Shown here: positions 10,734 to 23,805 of the stretch, one piece after another
How the letters are laid out: each line of letters starts with the position of its first letter
Position numbering within the stretch: position 1 is the stretch's first letter
NCBI GenBank assembly: GCA_041651115.1
Contig: JBAZJY010000001.1
Span: forward strand, 581,165-645,164
Length of the DNA stretch: 64,000 nucleotides
Origin: Candidatus Omnitrophota bacterium
Lineage (GTDB): Bacteria; Omnitrophota; Gorgyraeia; Gygaellales; Profunditerraquicolaceae
Direction: 5' to 3'
Translations under genes and position numbers: made by a program
The notes under the pieces: model-generated
The model's input: the letters and a program-made list of their open reading frames with translations, nothing else
What the model was told of the DNA's origin: nothing
The model's database searches: none

Positions 10734-10940
10734 TTATGCCTGCACTTTCTTTTCTTTTAAGATCGTATTGATACGCGCAATGTCTTTCTTTACGGACAGA
10801 AACATATGCGGCTTATCCACTCTGCCGGAATAACGCTGCACGTTAAGTTTTGAGAGCTCTTCTTTTAAGGCCTTTGCCTTAGCCAATAACTCTTCTTTAC
10901 CGATACCGCGTAATTCCTGTAATTTATCTTTACGCTTCAT
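10734..10940 (-). CDS. rpmC: 50S ribosomal protein L29
   Basis: 68 aa L29 family. Confidence 0.9.
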   Translation of the reverse strand: MKRKDKLQELRGIGKEELLAKAKALKEELSKLNVQRYSGRVDKPHMFLSVKKDIARINTILKEKKVQA

Positions 10941-10942
10941 AA

Positions 10943-11359
10943 TTACCTCTGTGTCCTTGTAATGAATTTAGTCCTTAAGGGCAGCTTATAGACTGCCAGC
11001 CGGAAACACTGCCTTGCATATTCTTCCGGGATGCCGCCCAATTCAAAAAGTATGCGGCCTCTTTTGACTACCGCTACCCAATGGTCAAGGTCGCCTTTAC
11101 CCTTACCCATACGCACTTCTGCCGGCTTCTTGGTGATGGATTTGTCGGGAAATATTCTTATCCACATCTTTCCGCCGCGATTAAGCTTGCGGGCAAGGAT
11201 CACGCGCACCGCTTCAATCTGGTTATTCTTAATCCAGCCGTTCTCAAGAACTTTTAAGCCGTATTCGCCGAATGCCAGATCCGCGCCTGTCGTAGCAATC
11301 CCCCGGCGGTTGCCTTTCTGCAATTTACGGTATTTTACTCTTTTTGGCATTAATACCAT
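10943..11359 (-). CDS. rplP: 50S ribosomal protein L16
   Basis: 138 aa, [11 protein letters not shown]... L16. Confidence 0.95.
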   Translation of the reverse strand: MVLMPKRVKYRKLQKGNRRGIATTGADLAFGEYGLKVLENGWIKNNQIEAVRVILARKLNRGGKMWIRIFPDKSITKKPAEVRMGKGKGDLDHWVAVVKRGRILFELGGIPEEYARQCFRLAVYKLPLRTKFITRTQR

Positions 11360-11371
11360 TTCAAATATCCT

Positions 11372-12094
11372 TTATTCTTTGGCCGGCTGGGCAGCGGATT
11401 CAGGCGGATTAGCCTGCGCTTCAGACTTGGTTTCCCGGCTAACCGGCGATGATACAACGCCGACTTTACCTAAGATATCGCCTTTATAAAGCCATACTTT
11501 AATACCGATCAAGCCGTAAGTTGTAAGGCTTTCCGTAAAACCATATTCTATATCCGCCCGCAGTGTGGAAAGCGGAATCTTCCCTTGTTTATATGTTTCG
11601 GTACGCGACATTTCAGCGCCCCCGAGCCTTCCGGAACAGGTGATCTTAATGCCTTTTGCCCCGGCATTCATTGTCTGCTCAAGCGCCCTCTTTATTGCCC
11701 GGCGAAAAGCAACTCTCTTTTCTATCTGCAGGGCTACGTTCTGGGCAACCAGTTGCGCGTCCATTGCCGGGACTTTTATCTCATCCACGTCAATGGAAAC
11801 CTCGGTTTTAACAAGGGAATTTATTTCTTCGCGTAATTTTTCTATGTCCGAGCCATGGCGGCCGATGATAATGCCCGGACGGGCAGTAGCGATGCGCACT
11901 CTGATGCGCTGCGCCAAACGTTCTATGACGATCCCCGAGATAGCCGCGTGCTTGAATTTAGCCCTGATGATCTTACGGATCTTATAGTCCTGCTGGATGA
12001 ATTTAGCGTAGTCCTTGCTTCCGGCAAACCAGCGGCTCTGCCAATTCCTGATAAACCCTAACCTCAAAGCTAACGGATGAACCTTATGTCCCAT
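11372..12094 (-). CDS. rpsC: 30S ribosomal protein S3 (C-terminal extension)
   Basis: 240 aa, KH domain and S3 C-terminal domain. Confidence 0.95.
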   Translation of the reverse strand: MGHKVHPLALRLGFIRNWQSRWFAGSKDYAKFIQQDYKIRKIIRAKFKHAAISGIVIERLAQRIRVRIATARPGIIIGRHGSDIEKLREEINSLVKTEVSIDVDEIKVPAMDAQLVAQNVALQIEKRVAFRRAIKRALEQTMNAGAKGIKITCSGRLGGAEMSRTETYKQGKIPLSTLRADIEYGFTESLTTYGLIGIKVWLYKGDILGKVGVVSSPVSRETKSEAQANPPESAAQPAKE

Positions 12095-12112
12095 ATTTTT
12101 ACCTTTTTCCTT

Positions 12113-12445
12113 TTAACTTTTTGTATCCAGCTCTATCTTAATGTGCGCGGTGCGCTTCAAGATCGGCGTTGCCCTGCCGAATCCCCCGGCTTTAAATCTC
12201 TTCCACACCGGGCCGACGTCGCAGGTGATCTTTGAAATATACAACTGACGGGCCTCAAAACCTTTTGTCTTGGCATTAGCAATCGCCTGATTCAGGATCT
12301 TAAGCAGGTGCTCTTTCGGCCGCTTGTTCATTGCGAAAAGCAGGTTCTTGGCATCATCCGCGGCCTTGCCGCGCACCACATCAATGACCTGCCTGACCTT
12401 AGTCGGCGATAACCTTATGAATTTTCCTTGTGCCTTGGATATCAT
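12113..12445 (-). CDS. rplV: 50S ribosomal protein L22
   Basis: 110 aa L22 family. Confidence 0.9.
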   Translation of the reverse strand: MISKAQGKFIRLSPTKVRQVIDVVRGKAADDAKNLLFAMNKRPKEHLLKILNQAIANAKTKGFEARQLYISKITCDVGPVWKRFKAGGFGRATPILKRTAHIKIELDTKS

Positions 12446-12460
12446 AACTTTTCCCGTTTA

Positions 12461-12748
12461 TTAGGTTTTCTCGGCTGCTTTCTTGGCCTTTACGCCGCCG
12501 TGTTTCCTGAAGATGCGGCTGGGTGAAAATTCCCCTAGTTTATGCCCAACCATGTTTTCCGTAACGAAAACCGGAACATGCTTCTTCCCGTCGTAAACCG
12601 CGAAGGTCAACCCTACGAAATCCGGGGTGATCGTGGAACGGCGCGACCAGGTCTTTATTGCCTGACGCATGCCTGCGCGGCGCGCCCGCTCTACTTTTTT
12701 TAATAAGCTTTCCTCAACAAACGGTCCTTTTTTCAGCGAACGGGCCAT
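12461..12748 (-). CDS. rpsS: 30S ribosomal protein S19
   Basis: 95 aa, [11 protein letters not shown]... Confidence 0.95.
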   Translation of the reverse strand: MARSLKKGPFVEESLLKKVERARRAGMRQAIKTWSRRSTITPDFVGLTFAVYDGKKHVPVFVTENMVGHKLGEFSPSRIFRKHGGVKAKKAAEKT

Positions 12749-12749
12749 A

Positions 12750-13583
12750 TTATTTCCTTCTCCTGACGATAAATTTCTTAGAATATTTATTGCGGTTCCT
12801 TGTCCGGTAACCTTTAGTCGGTTTACCCCAAGGCGTAACCGGATGCGGATTACCCTGCCCGGATTTGCCTTCGCCGCCGCCGTGCGGATGGTCTACGGGG
12901 TTCATTGCCAAGCCTCTTACTGTCGGCCTGATCCCCAGCCAGCGCTGCCTGCCTGCCTTGCCGATACTGATCGCTTCATGCTCAACGTTACTTACCTGGC
13001 CGATAGTCGCGCGGCAGTCAAGATGCACCAGCCTTACTTCGCCGGAAGGAAGTTTTAAATGGGCAAAATCACCTTCTTTGGACATGATCTGCGCCGAAGC
13101 TCCCGCGCTCCTGACGATCTGTCCGCCCTTACCCTTAACAAGCTCTATGTTATGCACGAGCGTTCCGGAAGGGATATTTCTAAGAGGAAGACAGTTGCCG
13201 ACTTTTATTTCCGCTTCTTTCTGGTTGCTGGAAACGATCTCTTCGCCTACCTTAAGCCCCAAAGGAGCAACGATATATCTTTTTGTCTTATCGGGATATT
13301 CAAGCAAAGCGATCCGGCTGGAACGGTTCGGGTCGTATTCAATGGCTAATACTTTGGCTGAAACGTCAAGCAGGTCGCGCTTAAAATCAATTATCCGCAG
13401 CATCCGCTTATGGCCGCCGCCGATATGCCGGGTAGTAATACGTCCGTAGGCATTCCTTCCGCCGCTCCTCTTCACCGGGACGATCAGGGATTTTTCCGGC
13501 TTATCTTTTGTGATCTCGGAAAAATCCGACCCGCTCATCCAGCGCCTTGACGGTGTTGTCGGTTTAAATTTACGTATGCCCAT
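12750..13583 (-). CDS. rplB: 50S ribosomal protein L2
   Basis: 277 aa L2 family. Confidence 0.95.
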   Translation of the reverse strand: MGIRKFKPTTPSRRWMSGSDFSEITKDKPEKSLIVPVKRSGGRNAYGRITTRHIGGGHKRMLRIIDFKRDLLDVSAKVLAIEYDPNRSSRIALLEYPDKTKRYIVAPLGLKVGEEIVSSNQKEAEIKVGNCLPLRNIPSGTLVHNIELVKGKGGQIVRSAGASAQIMSKEGDFAHLKLPSGEVRLVHLDCRATIGQVSNVEHEAISIGKAGRQRWLGIRPTVRGLAMNPVDHPHGGGEGKSGQGNPHPVTPWGKPTKGYRTRNRNKYSKKFIVRRRK

Positions 13584-13614
13584 ATTTTAGGTCCTAGGTG
13601 TTAGGTGTCAGGTT

Positions 13615-13893
13615 TTAGGTTGTTTCTATTTTTTGCCCTTCTTTCAAGGTGACCATTGCCCTCTTGAAATCAGGAGTTTTTCCGATCTGGTACCTTACGC
13701 GCTTCATCTTACCCATGGAGATTGACGTATTCACGTCTTTGACCTTTACTTTATACGCGTCTTCCACGGCTTTTTTTATCTGGATCTTATTGGCTGACTT
13801 GGCAACGAGAAAAAGATATTTGCCCTGCGGTTCAGAGAGCGTGGATTTTTCCGTCCTGATCAGCGATTTTATCACGTCAAAAGAAGAAAGCAT
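13615..13893 (-). CDS. rplW: 50S ribosomal protein L23
   Basis: 92 aa L23 family. Confidence 0.9.
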   Translation of the reverse strand: MLSSFDVIKSLIRTEKSTLSEPQGKYLFLVAKSANKIQIKKAVEDAYKVKVKDVNTSISMGKMKRVRYQIGKTPDFKRAMVTLKEGQKIETT

Positions 13894-14540
13894 TATTTTA
13901 ACCTCTTTGTCAATTCAGCCAGCCCGTCTTTGGTGATCACAAGCTTGCGGCAAGTTAAAACCGCGTATACGTTAGTCTGCCGGGAAATGCCGGTATTAAG
14001 AAAACCGACGTTACGGCTGGCCAATTTCAGATTATTATCTATTTTATCGGTGATTAATAAGACGTTGTTCTCTTTTAGTTTTTTCAGGTCGATCTTTAAA
14101 TTGGAAAATACCTTCACTACGTCCTTGGTCTTGGTGCTTTCCATTTTCAACGCATCCAATACCATAAGGTTGTTCTCTTTTAACTTGGAATTAAGCCCTG
14201 ATTTAAGCGCCAGGTTCCTGATCTTCGCCGGAAGCACATAGGAAAAATCGCGCGGATGCGGGCCAAAGACCACGCCGCCGTGGCGCCAAAGAGGAGAACG
14301 GGTTGAGCCTACTCTTGCCCTGCCTGTGCCTTTTTGCTTCCACGGCTTTTTTCCGCCGCCGGAAACTTCGCCGCGGGTCTTGGTCGCGGCCAGGCCCTTT
14401 CTCTGGTTGGCGCGGAAAGCGGTCACTGCCTGATAGATTGCCGCCTGGTTGACGTTTCCGTCAAAAACCGACGCGTCAAGCTTAACAGTATCCACTTCTT
14501 TGCCTTCTATGTTATATACCGGTAAGGTAATCGCTTCCAT
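13893..14540 (-). CDS. rplD: 50S ribosomal protein L4
   Basis: 215 aa L4 family. Confidence 0.9.
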   Translation of the reverse strand: MEAITLPVYNIEGKEVDTVKLDASVFDGNVNQAAIYQAVTAFRANQRKGLAATKTRGEVSGGGKKPWKQKGTGRARVGSTRSPLWRHGGVVFGPHPRDFSYVLPAKIRNLALKSGLNSKLKENNLMVLDALKMESTKTKDVVKVFSNLKIDLKKLKENNVLLITDKIDNNLKLASRNVGFLNTGISRQTNVYAVLTCRKLVITKDGLAELTKRLK

Positions 14541-14541
14541 T

Positions 14542-15168
14542 TTACTTAGCTGCCTTTGCTTTCTTTTTCTTTGCCGTCCTGACGATCAAATAATTATTCT
14601 TATTCCCCGGCACCGCCCCTTCAACCAACAGGATGTTATTCTCAATGTCCACTTTCACTACTTTAAGGTTCTGGACAGTAACGGTCTCGTTGCCCATATG
14701 GCCCGGAAGGTGATGGCCTTTCCATACCCTGCCCGGCGTAGTGGTTGAGCCAATGGATCCAACCCTTCTATGCGATGTTGAACCGTGGGTCTGCGGGCCG
14801 CCGTGCCAATGCCAGCGTTTCATGCCGCCCTGAAACCCCTTGCCGATAGAAGTTCCGGTAACATCCACAAAATCGCCTTCTTTAAAAAGGTCAACCTTGA
14901 TCTCCTGGCCTACTTTATATTCCGCTTGCGGGTCCTTAACTACTTCCCTGATGATCTTTGCCGCCGGCACGTTCAATTTCTTAAAATATCCCGAGATGGG
15001 TTTCTTCAGGCGCTTTTCATTGGCCTTGTCAAAGCCCAACTGCAGCGACTTTTCCTTTATCGCCAGCACAGGGCAGGGGCCGGCTTCGATCGCCGTAACG
15101 TCAACCAACGTTCCGTCGCCGGTATAAACCTGGGTCATCCCTATTTTTTTGCCTAAAATCCCTGTCAT
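14542..15168 (-). CDS. rplC: 50S ribosomal protein L3
   Basis: 208 aa L3 family. Confidence 0.95.
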   Translation of the reverse strand: MTGILGKKIGMTQVYTGDGTLVDVTAIEAGPCPVLAIKEKSLQLGFDKANEKRLKKPISGYFKKLNVPAAKIIREVVKDPQAEYKVGQEIKVDLFKEGDFVDVTGTSIGKGFQGGMKRWHWHGGPQTHGSTSHRRVGSIGSTTTPGRVWKGHHLPGHMGNETVTVQNLKVVKVDIENNILLVEGAVPGNKNNYLIVRTAKKKKAKAAK

Positions 15169-15464
15169 CTAATCTCCACGTCCACGCCTGCGGGAAGGTT
15201 AAGCTTGCGCAGCGAATCTATTGTCTTTGATGTCGGCTCAAATATGTCAATCAAGCGCTTATGCGTAGCCAATTCAAACTGCTCGCGCGATTTCTTGTCA
15301 ATGACCGGAGAACGCAATACCGTGTAAATCTCCCTTTTGGTCGGGAGTGGTACCGGGCCCGAGATGCGGGCTCCGGTACGCCTCACGGTCTCAACTATCT
15401 CCGCGACTGCCTGATCGAGCAGCCGATGGTCATAAGCTTTTAACTTTATGCGAATTTTTTGCAT
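15165..15464 (-). CDS. rpsJ: 30S ribosomal protein S10
   Basis: 99 aa, [17 protein letters not shown]... S10/NusE. Confidence 0.95.
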   Translation of the reverse strand: MQKIRIKLKAYDHRLLDQAVAEIVETVRRTGARISGPVPLPTKREIYTVLRSPVIDKKSREQFELATHKRLIDIFEPTSKTIDSLRKLNLPAGVDVEIR

Positions 15465-15465
15465 T

Positions 15466-16668
15466 TTAGGCGATGATCTCCGTTACCACGCCCGAACCTA
15501 CGGTATGGCCGCCTTCGCGGATGGCAAAACGCGATTCTTTTTCCATAGCGATAGGCGTGATCAACTCAACTTCCAAATTAACGTTATCACCGGGCATAAC
15601 CATTTCCACTCCCGTCGGCAGGACAACTGAGCCTGTAACGTCGGTGGTGCGGAAATAGAACTGCGGCCTGTACCCTTTAAAGAACGGGGTATGCCGTCCG
15701 CCTTCTTCTTTGGTCAGGATATAAACCTGGGCCTTGAATTTGGTATGCGGGGTAATTGACTTGGGTGCGGCGATGACCATGCCGCGCTCAATAGCGCTTT
15801 TATCAATACCTCTTAAGAGAAGCCCGACGTTATCGCCTGCCTGGCCTTCATCGAGGAGTTTACGGAACATTTCAATGCCGGTAACAACTGATTTCTGCGG
15901 TTCCGGCCTCAAGCCGATGATTTCAACTTCATCGTTGATCTTGACCTTGCCGCGCTCGATCCTGCCGGTCCCGACGGTACCTCTACCTTCAATGGTGAAG
16001 ACGTCTTCAACCGCCATGAGCATCGGCTTGTCAACTTCTCTCGTCGGCAAAGGAATGAAATCATCGCATGCCTTTACCAATTCCAGGATGCAAGCGGCAT
16101 CCGGGCTGTTGGCATCAGCTGCCTGCAGCGCCTTAAGCGAGCTTCCTTTGATGATCGGGGTCTTATCTCCCGGATAACCGTATTTGGTCAAGAGGTCCCT
16201 TACTTCCATTTCCACGAGGTCAATCAATTCCTTATCCTGCACGATGTCAACCTTGTTCAGAAATACCACCATTGACGGAACGTTTACCTGCCTGGCCAAA
16301 AGAATGTGTTCCCTGGTCTGAGGCATGGGGCCGTCAACCGCGGAAACTACCAGTATCGCGCCGTCCATCTGGGCTGCGCCGGTGATCATGTTCTTAATGT
16401 AATCTGCGTGGCCCGGGCAGTCTATATGAGCATAATGGCGGTTGTCTGTTTCATATTCAACGTGAGCAACTGAAATCGTAACGACTTTTGTTTCGTCTCT
16501 TACCGTACCGCCCTTGGCGATATCGGAATACTGCCTTTCCGTCGCTTTACCCATCTTTGCCAAAACATGGGTGATCGCGGCGGTCAGGGTTGTCTTACCA
16601 TGATCAATATGACCGATGGTCCCGATGTTTACGTGCGGCTTTGATCTTACAAACTTTTCTTTAGCCAT
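15466..16668 (-). CDS. tuf: elongation factor Tu
   Basis: 400 aa, [18 protein letters not shown] motifs; 1-nt gap to rpsJ. Confidence 0.97.
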   Translation of the reverse strand: MAKEKFVRSKPHVNIGTIGHIDHGKTTLTAAITHVLAKMGKATERQYSDIAKGGTVRDETKVVTISVAHVEYETDNRHYAHIDCPGHADYIKNMITGAAQMDGAILVVSAVDGPMPQTREHILLARQVNVPSMVVFLNKVDIVQDKELIDLVEMEVRDLLTKYGYPGDKTPIIKGSSLKALQAADANSPDAACILELVKACDDFIPLPTREVDKPMLMAVEDVFTIEGRGTVGTGRIERGKVKINDEVEIIGLRPEPQKSVVTGIEMFRKLLDEGQAGDNVGLLLRGIDKSAIERGMVIAAPKSITPHTKFKAQVYILTKEEGGRHTPFFKGYRPQFYFRTTDVTGSVVLPTGVEMVMPGDNVNLEVELITPIAMEKESRFAIREGGHTVGSGVVTEIIA

Positions 16669-16693
16669 TATTCACCTCCAATTTATTTATTGG

Positions 16694-18790
16694 TTACGTG
16701 CTTCTCCTAGGTCCTACAGCGGCAACACCAGTAATTATCTTTTCTGCTATATGTGAAGGCACCTCGGCGTAAAATGAGGGCTCCATTGTATAGGATGCGC
16801 GGCCCTGAGTCAGCGAACGCGAAATCGTAGCGTAATTAAAGGTTTCTGCCAACGGAATGTGAGCCTTTATTATATTCACATTTAATTTATTTGCAAGAGA
16901 AATTATTTTCGCGCGCCGCGAGCTGAGATCGCCGATGATCGCCCCCATATATTCTTCGGGGCAGATGACTTCCATATCCATGATCGGCTCAAGCAGCACA
17001 GCGTGGGCTTTACGCATTCCGTCGGAAAGCGCGATTCCGGCGGCCATTTTAAACGCGAGTTCCGAGGAGTCCACGTCGTGGAACGAACCGTCAACGAGGA
17101 CGACCTGTATATCGGTAACCGGATAACCGGCGAGCACGCCGCTTTTTGCGGTTTCAAAAATGCCCTGCTTTACCGCGGGAATAAATTCCTGCGGGATGGC
17201 CCCGCCCTTGATCTTATTTTCAAAGGTTACTCCGGCGCCGGGAACTTCCTGCGGCCCCAGTTCAATGACTACGTGGCCGTATTGGCCGCGGCCGCCTGAC
17301 TGCTGAATGAATTTACCGGTTGAGCTCACTGATTTTTTTATCGTCTCGCGATAAGCAACCTGCGGCACGCCGACCTGCACGTCAACGTTAAATTCCCTTA
17401 AAAGACGGTCAACAATGATTTCCAAATGCAGTTGGCCCATACCGGACATAACCGACTGGCCGGTTTCCTGATTATAGATTATGCGGAACGACGGGTCTTC
17501 GTCTGCCAGCTTATGCAGCGACATACCCAGCCTTTCCTGGTCATTCTTAGTTTTGGGTTCAATCGCCTGCTGGATTACCGGCTCGGGGAAACGCATTGCC
17601 TCAACAAGTATCGGATTGGCCTCATCGCAAAGCGTATCGCCGGTCTTGGTCTCTTTTAACCCGACTACCGCTCCGATATCTCCGGTAGAAAGGCTCTCTA
17701 CGATCTCCTGGCGGTTAGCGTGCATTTTAACCAATTTTGTTACGCGTTCCTTTGCCCGTTTTGTTGAATTCAAAATATATGTTCCGGACTTGATCTGCCC
17801 AGAATAAACCCTGACATAATTAAGTTTGCCGACGTATGGATCGGTAGCGATCTTAAAACAAAGGCCGCAGAACGGGGCCGCGTCTTCGGGCTTGATCTCT
17901 TCAAACTCGCCGGTTTCCGGATTTGTGCCTTTTATCGGAGGCAGGTCCAAAGGCGAAGGCAGGTAATCGCATACCGCGTCAAGCAAAAGCTGGATACCTT
18001 TATTCTTAAAAGACGCGCCGCAAAGCACAGGCACGAATTTATTGCTCACTACATTTCTACGGATCGCTTCTTTTAATTCCGGCGCGGTAATTTCCTTGCC
18101 CGCTAAAAATTGCTCAATGATCTTGTCGTCCACTTCCGCGACTTTTTCCGTAAGTTCAGCGCGGTACTTTTCCACTTCAGCTTTCAGCTCTTCCGGGATT
18201 GCTACGGTTTCCAATTCCTTGCCCATATCATCTTTATACATAATGAGCTTACGCTCAACCAAATCAATGATCCCTTTAAAATTCTCTTCTTTGCCAAAAG
18301 GCAGCTGGATCGCTGCGGCATTCGCGCCGAGCCTTCCGCGGATCTGCCTGACCGCCTCCATAAAATCGCTTCCGGTGCGGTCCATCTTATTTACGAAACA
18401 AATTCTCGGCACACCGTAACGGTCTGCCTGGCGCCATACGGTCTCTGATTGCGGCTCAACTCCGCCTACGCCGCAAAAAACAACTACCGCGCCGTCAAGG
18501 ACTTTAAGCGAACGTTCAACCTCAATGGTAAAATCCACGTGGCCGGGCGTATCAATAATGTTAATATTACAGTCTCTCCAGTGGCAGGCGGTAGCGGCAG
18601 CGGTAATAGTAATGCCTCTTTCCTGCTCCTGCACCATCCAGTCCATGACCGCGGCGCCGTCGTGGACCTCGCCGATCTTATAGGTCTTTCCGGTATAGAA
18701 AAGCACGCGCTCGGTAGTCGTGGTTTTACCCGCGTCTATGTGGGCGATGATGCCGATATTTCTTAATTTAGTTAGATCTGTTTTACGCAT
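16694..18790 (-). CDS. fusA: elongation factor G
   Basis: 698 aa EF-G GTPase domains. Confidence 0.97.
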   Translation of the reverse strand: MRKTDLTKLRNIGIIAHIDAGKTTTTERVLFYTGKTYKIGEVHDGAAVMDWMVQEQERGITITAAATACHWRDCNINIIDTPGHVDFTIEVERSLKVLDGAVVVFCGVGGVEPQSETVWRQADRYGVPRICFVNKMDRTGSDFMEAVRQIRGRLGANAAAIQLPFGKEENFKGIIDLVERKLIMYKDDMGKELETVAIPEELKAEVEKYRAELTEKVAEVDDKIIEQFLAGKEITAPELKEAIRRNVVSNKFVPVLCGASFKNKGIQLLLDAVCDYLPSPLDLPPIKGTNPETGEFEEIKPEDAAPFCGLCFKIATDPYVGKLNYVRVYSGQIKSGTYILNSTKRAKERVTKLVKMHANRQEIVESLSTGDIGAVVGLKETKTGDTLCDEANPILVEAMRFPEPVIQQAIEPKTKNDQERLGMSLHKLADEDPSFRIIYNQETGQSVMSGMGQLHLEIIVDRLLREFNVDVQVGVPQVAYRETIKKSVSSTGKFIQQSGGRGQYGHVVIELGPQEVPGAGVTFENKIKGGAIPQEFIPAVKQGIFETAKSGVLAGYPVTDIQVVLVDGSFHDVDSSELAFKMAAGIALSDGMRKAHAVLLEPIMDMEVICPEEYMGAIIGDLSSRRAKIISLANKLNVNIIKAHIPLAETFNYATISRSLTQGRASYTMEPSFYAEVPSHIAEKIITGVAAVGPRRST

Positions 18791-18804
18791 TTATTCCTTT
18801 ATAT

Positions 18805-19275
18805 TTACCACCTAAAGTGTGCGAATGCCTTGTTTGATTCTGCCATCTTATGGGTATCGTCGCGCTTCTTGATCGCCGAACCTTCACCCCTGTATGCCGA
18901 CATGATCTCTTCAGCCAGCCGCTGCTCCATTGATTTGCCTTTCTTGGCCTTCGCAAAGTCCCTGATCCAGCGCAGCGCAATGGAAGTGCCGCGTTCCTGC
19001 CTTACTTCTATCGGGACCTGATAAGTCGCGCCTCCCACGCGCCGGGGCTTTACTTCCAGCCTCGGCCGGGCATTATCAATCGCCTTATGGAAGATCTTCA
19101 GGATGTCAGGCTCATTAAGCTGTTTTCTAATGATCTCAAACGCGCCGTAAACAATGTTTTCCGCAAGGGACTTTTTGCCCTTGATCATCACCATGTTCAC
19201 GAACTTGCCCACGACTTTGCTGTTAAACTTGGGATCTGCTGCGACTTCTTTTTCCTGAGCTTTTCTTCTTCTCAT
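18805..19275 (-). CDS. rpsG: 30S ribosomal protein S7
   Basis: 156 aa S7 family. Confidence 0.95.
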   Translation of the reverse strand: MRRRKAQEKEVAADPKFNSKVVGKFVNMVMIKGKKSLAENIVYGAFEIIRKQLNEPDILKIFHKAIDNARPRLEVKPRRVGGATYQVPIEVRQERGTSIALRWIRDFAKAKKGKSMEQRLAEEIMSAYRGEGSAIKKRDDTHKMAESNKAFAHFRW

Positions 19276-19277
19276 GA

Positions 19278-19658
19278 TTACTTGCCCTCTTTCGGACGCT
19301 TGGCCCCGTATTTTGAGCGCGATTTTCTGCGCGCGTTAACGCCTGCGGCATCCAGTGTGCCTCTTACCGTATGATACCTGACGCCCGGAAGGTCTTTTAC
19401 GCGGCCGCCCCTGACCAGGACAATGGAATGCTCCTGCAGGTTATGCCCTTCGCCGGGTATATATGACGTAACTTCTATGCCGGTGGTCAGCCTGACCCTG
19501 GCGATCTTTCTTAACGCGGAATTGGGCTTTTTCGGCGTCATCGTACGCACTTGCAGGCAGACACCTCTTCTCTGAGGGCAGCCTTTTAACGCCGGAGACT
19601 TTGTCTTCTTGACCTTTGAGATCCTACCCATTCTGATCAACTGCGAGATTGTCGGCAT
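19278..19658 (-). CDS. rpsL: 30S ribosomal protein S12
   Basis: 126 aa, MPTISQLIR... S12. Confidence 0.97.
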   Translation of the reverse strand: MPTISQLIRMGRISKVKKTKSPALKGCPQRRGVCLQVRTMTPKKPNSALRKIARVRLTTGIEVTSYIPGEGHNLQEHSIVLVRGGRVKDLPGVRYHTVRGTLDAAGVNARRKSRSKYGAKRPKEGK

Positions 19659-19662
19659 AGAT

Positions 19663-22600
19663 TTAGTCCTTTACCTTTTTGGTTTTCTTTTCTTCTTTCT
19701 TGTCTTCTTTTTTATCTTCTTTCTTTTCGCTTTTTTCTTTTTCTTCCTGTTTTAATTTTAACTCTTCGGACTTGGCATCCGCCAATTTTTCTATCTCTAT
19801 CGTGCGGTGCGTGCGGAAACCCGTGCCCGCGGGGATAAGATGCCCGACAATCACGTTCTCTTTCAAGCCGAACAACTCATCGGATTTACCTGAAGCAGCT
19901 GCCTCGCTTAATACGCGGGTAGTTTCCTGGAAGCTTGCCGCCGAGATAAAGCTTTCGGTGGTAAGGGAAGCCTTGGTTATGCCCAGCAACAGCGGGGTAG
20001 CCAGGGCAGGCTTTCCGCCCTTTTTAGCCACGCGGTTATTTTCTTTCTGGAAATTCCATTTATCTACCTGTTCTCCGGAAAGGAATTCAGTATCGCCCGG
20101 GTCTTCGATGCGCACTTTTTTCAGCATCTGGCGGATAATTACTTCAATATGCTTGTCATTAATGCGCACGCCCTGAAGCCGGTAAACTTCCTGGACTTCA
20201 TTTACGAGGTATTCCTGCAACACTTTGTCGCCGCAAACCCTCAAGATATCCTGCAAAACTACCGGCCCGTCGGTAAGCTGCTGGCCGGCAATAACCTTAT
20301 CTCCCTTATAAACATTGGGGTGCTTGCCGTGCGGAATGGTATATTCCCTCTGCATCCCGGTAGGCGATTTTACCACGATGACCCTCTGGCCTTTCTTGGC
20401 TTCACCGAATTCCACAAATCCGTCTATTTCACTGATAATTGCCGGATCCTTTGGCCTGCGCGCCTCAAACAACTCGGCAACGCGCGGAAGGCCTCCGGTA
20501 ATATCTCTGGTTTTGGCAACCAGGCGGGGGATCTTCGCTAAAAGGTCGCCGGCTTCCACCTTCTGGCCGTCTTTTACCAATATGTGCGCGCCGATGGGAA
20601 TGGGATAAATACCCGTAACTTCTTCCTTCTCGTCGGTAACGACGATCTGCGGGTGGTATTCCTGCTTATGCTCAACTACCACGCGCTCGGTCAGCTTGGT
20701 AACCGGATTAAGCTCTTCCCTGACGGTAATATTTTCTTTGAGGTCTTCAAATTTTACACGGCCTCCGACTTCGGCGAGGATCGGCAAAGTATACGGGTCC
20801 CAGCGCGCGAAGGCGATGCCTTTAGTTACCTCATCTCCGTCGGCAATCGCGATGAACGTGCCTTGCGGCAAAGGATAACGCTCCAGTTCCCTTCCCTGCT
20901 TGTCATTAATACTGATGGAACCGTTACGGTTTAAGACAATGAATTCTTTATTTTTCGGGGTGACCCTCAAGCTGTGGTACTTAATGGTACCCTTATTCTT
21001 GGACTTGACAAATGACTGCTCTACAACCCTGGAAGCAGTACCGCCGATATGGAAGGTCCTCATGGTCAGCTGCGTGCCGGGTTCGCCGATACTCTGCGCG
21101 GCAATTACGCCCACTGCTTCGCCAAGTTCCACGATCCTGCCGCTGGCAAGGTTCCTGCCATAGCATTTGCTGCATACGCCTCTGCCGGATTCACAGGTTA
21201 AGACGCTGCGAATACGGATCTTTTCTATGCCAAGCCGTTCGATTAATTCGGCTTTTTCTTCGGTGATCTCCGATCCCTGCTCAACAATAACGTCATCGGT
21301 AATAATATCCACGATATTGTCCATAACTACTCTTCCGATAATGCGGTCCTTAAGGCTGACTACCACTTCGTCGCCTTCAATGATCGGGGAAACCGTGATG
21401 CCGTTAAGCGTGCCGCAGTCTTCTTCGGTGACGATCATTTCCTGCGCCACGTCAACAAGGCGGCGGGTAAGATAACCTGCGTCGGCTGTCTTAAGCGCGG
21501 TATCGGCAAGCCCCTTGCGCGCGCCGTGCGTGGAAATAAAATATTCAAGCACGGTCAGGCCTTCGCGGAAATTCGCGGTGATCGGGTTCTCAATGATCTC
21601 GCCTGAAGGCTTGGCCATAAGGCCGCGCATGCCGGCAAGCTGCCTCACCTGTAAGCGCGAACCTCTGGCGCCTGAATCAGCCATCATGAATATCGGGTTA
21701 AAGGGATCCATTCCCTTAAACAGCAAGTCTGAAATTTTATCTGTAGTATGCGTCCAGATAGCAATAACCTTGTTTGAGCGCTCGCTGTCGGTAATAATAC
21801 CCCTGCGATACTGCTCTTCTACTTTGGCAACTTCTGCCTTTGCTTCCTTGAGCACTTCCGGTTTTTCAACCGGGATCTTTAAGTCGTCTATGGAAATGGA
21901 AATGCCGCCTGAAGAAGCGAATTTAAAGCCTAATCTCTTCAGGTCGTCAAGCAGCTTGATCGTGCGCTGATGGCCAAAACGCTTGTAGCATTCCGTAACC
22001 ACCATACCGACGTTTTTCTTATTTAAGTCCGTATTGACAAAACCAAAGCCCTCGGGAAGCTCCTGATTAAAGATCACTCTTCCGGTTGTAGTAGTAATGA
22101 TCTGCCTGCCTTCGGTGAGCTTTTTCTCTTCCAGGTCAAACACGGAAAAAACCCTTATTTTAATGCGCGCGTGCAGGTCAATCGCCTTATCATCATAAGC
22201 AACGATCACCTCATCCGCGGAACTGAATACCTTGCCCTCGCCCAGCGCGCCCGGCTTTTCCTTTGATAGATACGCGGTGCCGAGGATAATATCCTGCGTT
22301 GGGGTGACGATCGGCCTGCCGTCGGCAGGAGAAAAAACGTTGTTTATGGAAAGCATGAGGATCTTTGTTTCAATCTGCGATTCCAGAGACAACGGCACAT
22401 GCACTGCCATCTGGTCTCCGTCAAAGTCAGCGTTAAACGCGGTACAAACCAAAGGATGGATCTTAATAGATTTGCCTTCGATCAAAACCGGCTGGAACGC
22501 CTGCACGCCTAAGCGGTGCAGGGTCGGAGCGCGGTTTAAAAGCACGGGATGATCTTTGATCACCTCGTCAAGGATGTCCCAGACTTCGATCTTGCCGCGT

Positions 22601-23805
22601 TCAACCATTCTGCGCGCGCCGCGGATCGTATGCACAAAACCTTTTTCTTTTAATTTTTTAATGATGAACGGCTCAAATAATTCCAGCGCCATTTGCTTTG
22701 GAAGGCCGCATTCGTGAAGTTTCAATTCAGGGCCGACAACGATTACCGAACGGCCGGAATAATCTACGCGCTTACCAAGAAGATTCTGGCGGAACCTTCC
22801 CTGCTTGCCCTTAAGCATGTCGGAGAGCGACTTCAGCGGCCGGTTATTGGCGCCCATTACTGCCCTGCCGTGCCTGCCGTTATCCAGGAGCGCGTCAACC
22901 GATTCCTGGAGCATGCGCTTTTCATTACGGATAATGATCTCCGGAGCGCTAAGTTCCATGAGTTTTTTCAGGCGGTTGTTGCGGTTGATCACCCTGCGGT
23001 AAAGGTCATTCAGGTCGGATGTGGCGAACCTGCCGCCGTCAAGCGGGACTAACGGCCTTAAATCCGGCGGGATAACCGGAAGGATCTCTAAGATCATCCA
23101 TTCCGGCCGGTTGCCTGATTTCTTAAAATCTTCTACGATCTTTAAATTCTTTAACGTTTTGCGGTTGTTCAGCAGATCTTTAGATTTCTCAAGGTCTTTA
23201 CGCAGTTTGCGGCAAAGCGCGTCAAGGTCAATCTCCTTTAAGAGTTCGCGCACTGCTTCCGCGCCGATCTTGGCTTTAAAATTAGAGCCGTGCTTTTCCA
23301 ACGCCTCCTGATATTTTTCTTCGGATAAAAGCTCCTTCTTTTTCAAGGGCGTAGTGCCGGGGTCAAGCACAACATATTCTTCGTAATAGATGACTTTTTC
23401 CAGGTCTCTTAAACCGATATCAAGAAGAGCGGACAAGCGCGAAGGCACAGCCTTAAAGAACCAGATATGCGTTACCGCGGTTGCCAGTTCAATGTGGCCC
23501 ATGCGCGAACGCCTTACCTTGGCTTCATCAACGGTTACGCCGCAGCGGTCGCAGGTAATGCCGCGGAATTTCTTACCTTTATATTTGCCGCAGTTACACT
23601 CGTCGTCATGCACCGGGCCAAAGATCTTTTCGCAGAATAAGCCGTCTTTTTCCGGCTTTAAAGTGCGGTAATTGATCGTCTCGGCTTTTTTGATCTCGCC
23701 CTTAGACCATGACTTGATGATCTGCGGAGAGGCAATTTTAATCGAAATCGTATCAAAACTGTTTATCTCATCCATATTATTTGGCTTTCTCCGTGCGGAT
23801 ATCAA
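19663..23805 (-). CDS. rpoC: DNA-directed RNA polymerase subunit beta' (1380 aa, Lys/Glu-rich C-terminal tail); true start probably the internal MDEINSFD Met near 23775
   Basis: Zinc finger [26 protein letters not shown] catalytic motif; 29-nt overlap with rpoB disappears with the internal start. Confidence 0.95.
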   Translation of the reverse strand: MISARRKPNNMDEINSFDTISIKIASPQIIKSWSKGEIKKAETINYRTLKPEKDGLFCEKIFGPVHDDECNCGKYKGKKFRGITCDRCGVTVDEAKVRRSRMGHIELATAVTHIWFFKAVPSRLSALLDIGLRDLEKVIYYEEYVVLDPGTTPLKKKELLSEEKYQEALEKHGSNFKAKIGAEAVRELLKEIDLDALCRKLRKDLEKSKDLLNNRKTLKNLKIVEDFKKSGNRPEWMILEILPVIPPDLRPLVPLDGGRFATSDLNDLYRRVINRNNRLKKLMELSAPEIIIRNEKRMLQESVDALLDNGRHGRAVMGANNRPLKSLSDMLKGKQGRFRQNLLGKRVDYSGRSVIVVGPELKLHECGLPKQMALELFEPFIIKKLKEKGFVHTIRGARRMVERGKIEVWDILDEVIKDHPVLLNRAPTLHRLGVQAFQPVLIEGKSIKIHPLVCTAFNADFDGDQMAVHVPLSLESQIETKILMLSINNVFSPADGRPIVTPTQDIILGTAYLSKEKPGALGEGKVFSSADEVIVAYDDKAIDLHARIKIRVFSVFDLEEKKLTEGRQIITTTTGRVIFNQELPEGFGFVNTDLNKKNVGMVVTECYKRFGHQRTIKLLDDLKRLGFKFASSGGISISIDDLKIPVEKPEVLKEAKAEVAKVEEQYRRGIITDSERSNKVIAIWTHTTDKISDLLFKGMDPFNPIFMMADSGARGSRLQVRQLAGMRGLMAKPSGEIIENPITANFREGLTVLEYFISTHGARKGLADTALKTADAGYLTRRLVDVAQEMIVTEEDCGTLNGITVSPIIEGDEVVVSLKDRIIGRVVMDNIVDIITDDVIVEQGSEITEEKAELIERLGIEKIRIRSVLTCESGRGVCSKCYGRNLASGRIVELGEAVGVIAAQSIGEPGTQLTMRTFHIGGTASRVVEQSFVKSKNKGTIKYHSLRVTPKNKEFIVLNRNGSISINDKQGRELERYPLPQGTFIAIADGDEVTKGIAFARWDPYTLPILAEVGGRVKFEDLKENITVREELNPVTKLTERVVVEHKQEYHPQIVVTDEKEEVTGIYPIPIGAHILVKDGQKVEAGDLLAKIPRLVAKTRDITGGLPRVAELFEARRPKDPAIISEIDGFVEFGEAKKGQRVIVVKSPTGMQREYTIPHGKHPNVYKGDKVIAGQQLTDGPVVLQDILRVCGDKVLQEYLVNEVQEVYRLQGVRINDKHIEVIIRQMLKKVRIEDPGDTEFLSGEQVDKWNFQKENNRVAKKGGKPALATPLLLGITKASLTTESFISAASFQETTRVLSEAAASGKSDELFGLKENVIVGHLIPAGTGFRTHRTIEIEKLADAKSEELKLKQEEKEKSEKKEDKKEDKKEEKKTKKVKD

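Noticed and set aside
13584-13614. Tandem AGGT/TAGGTG repeats between rplW and rplB
   Set aside because: It is a short (31 nt) spacer that holds the rplB ribosome-binding region. The AGGT-like repeats are on the non-transcribed strand, and the mRNA carries CACCU repeats of unclear meaning. There is too little sequence to call a feature.
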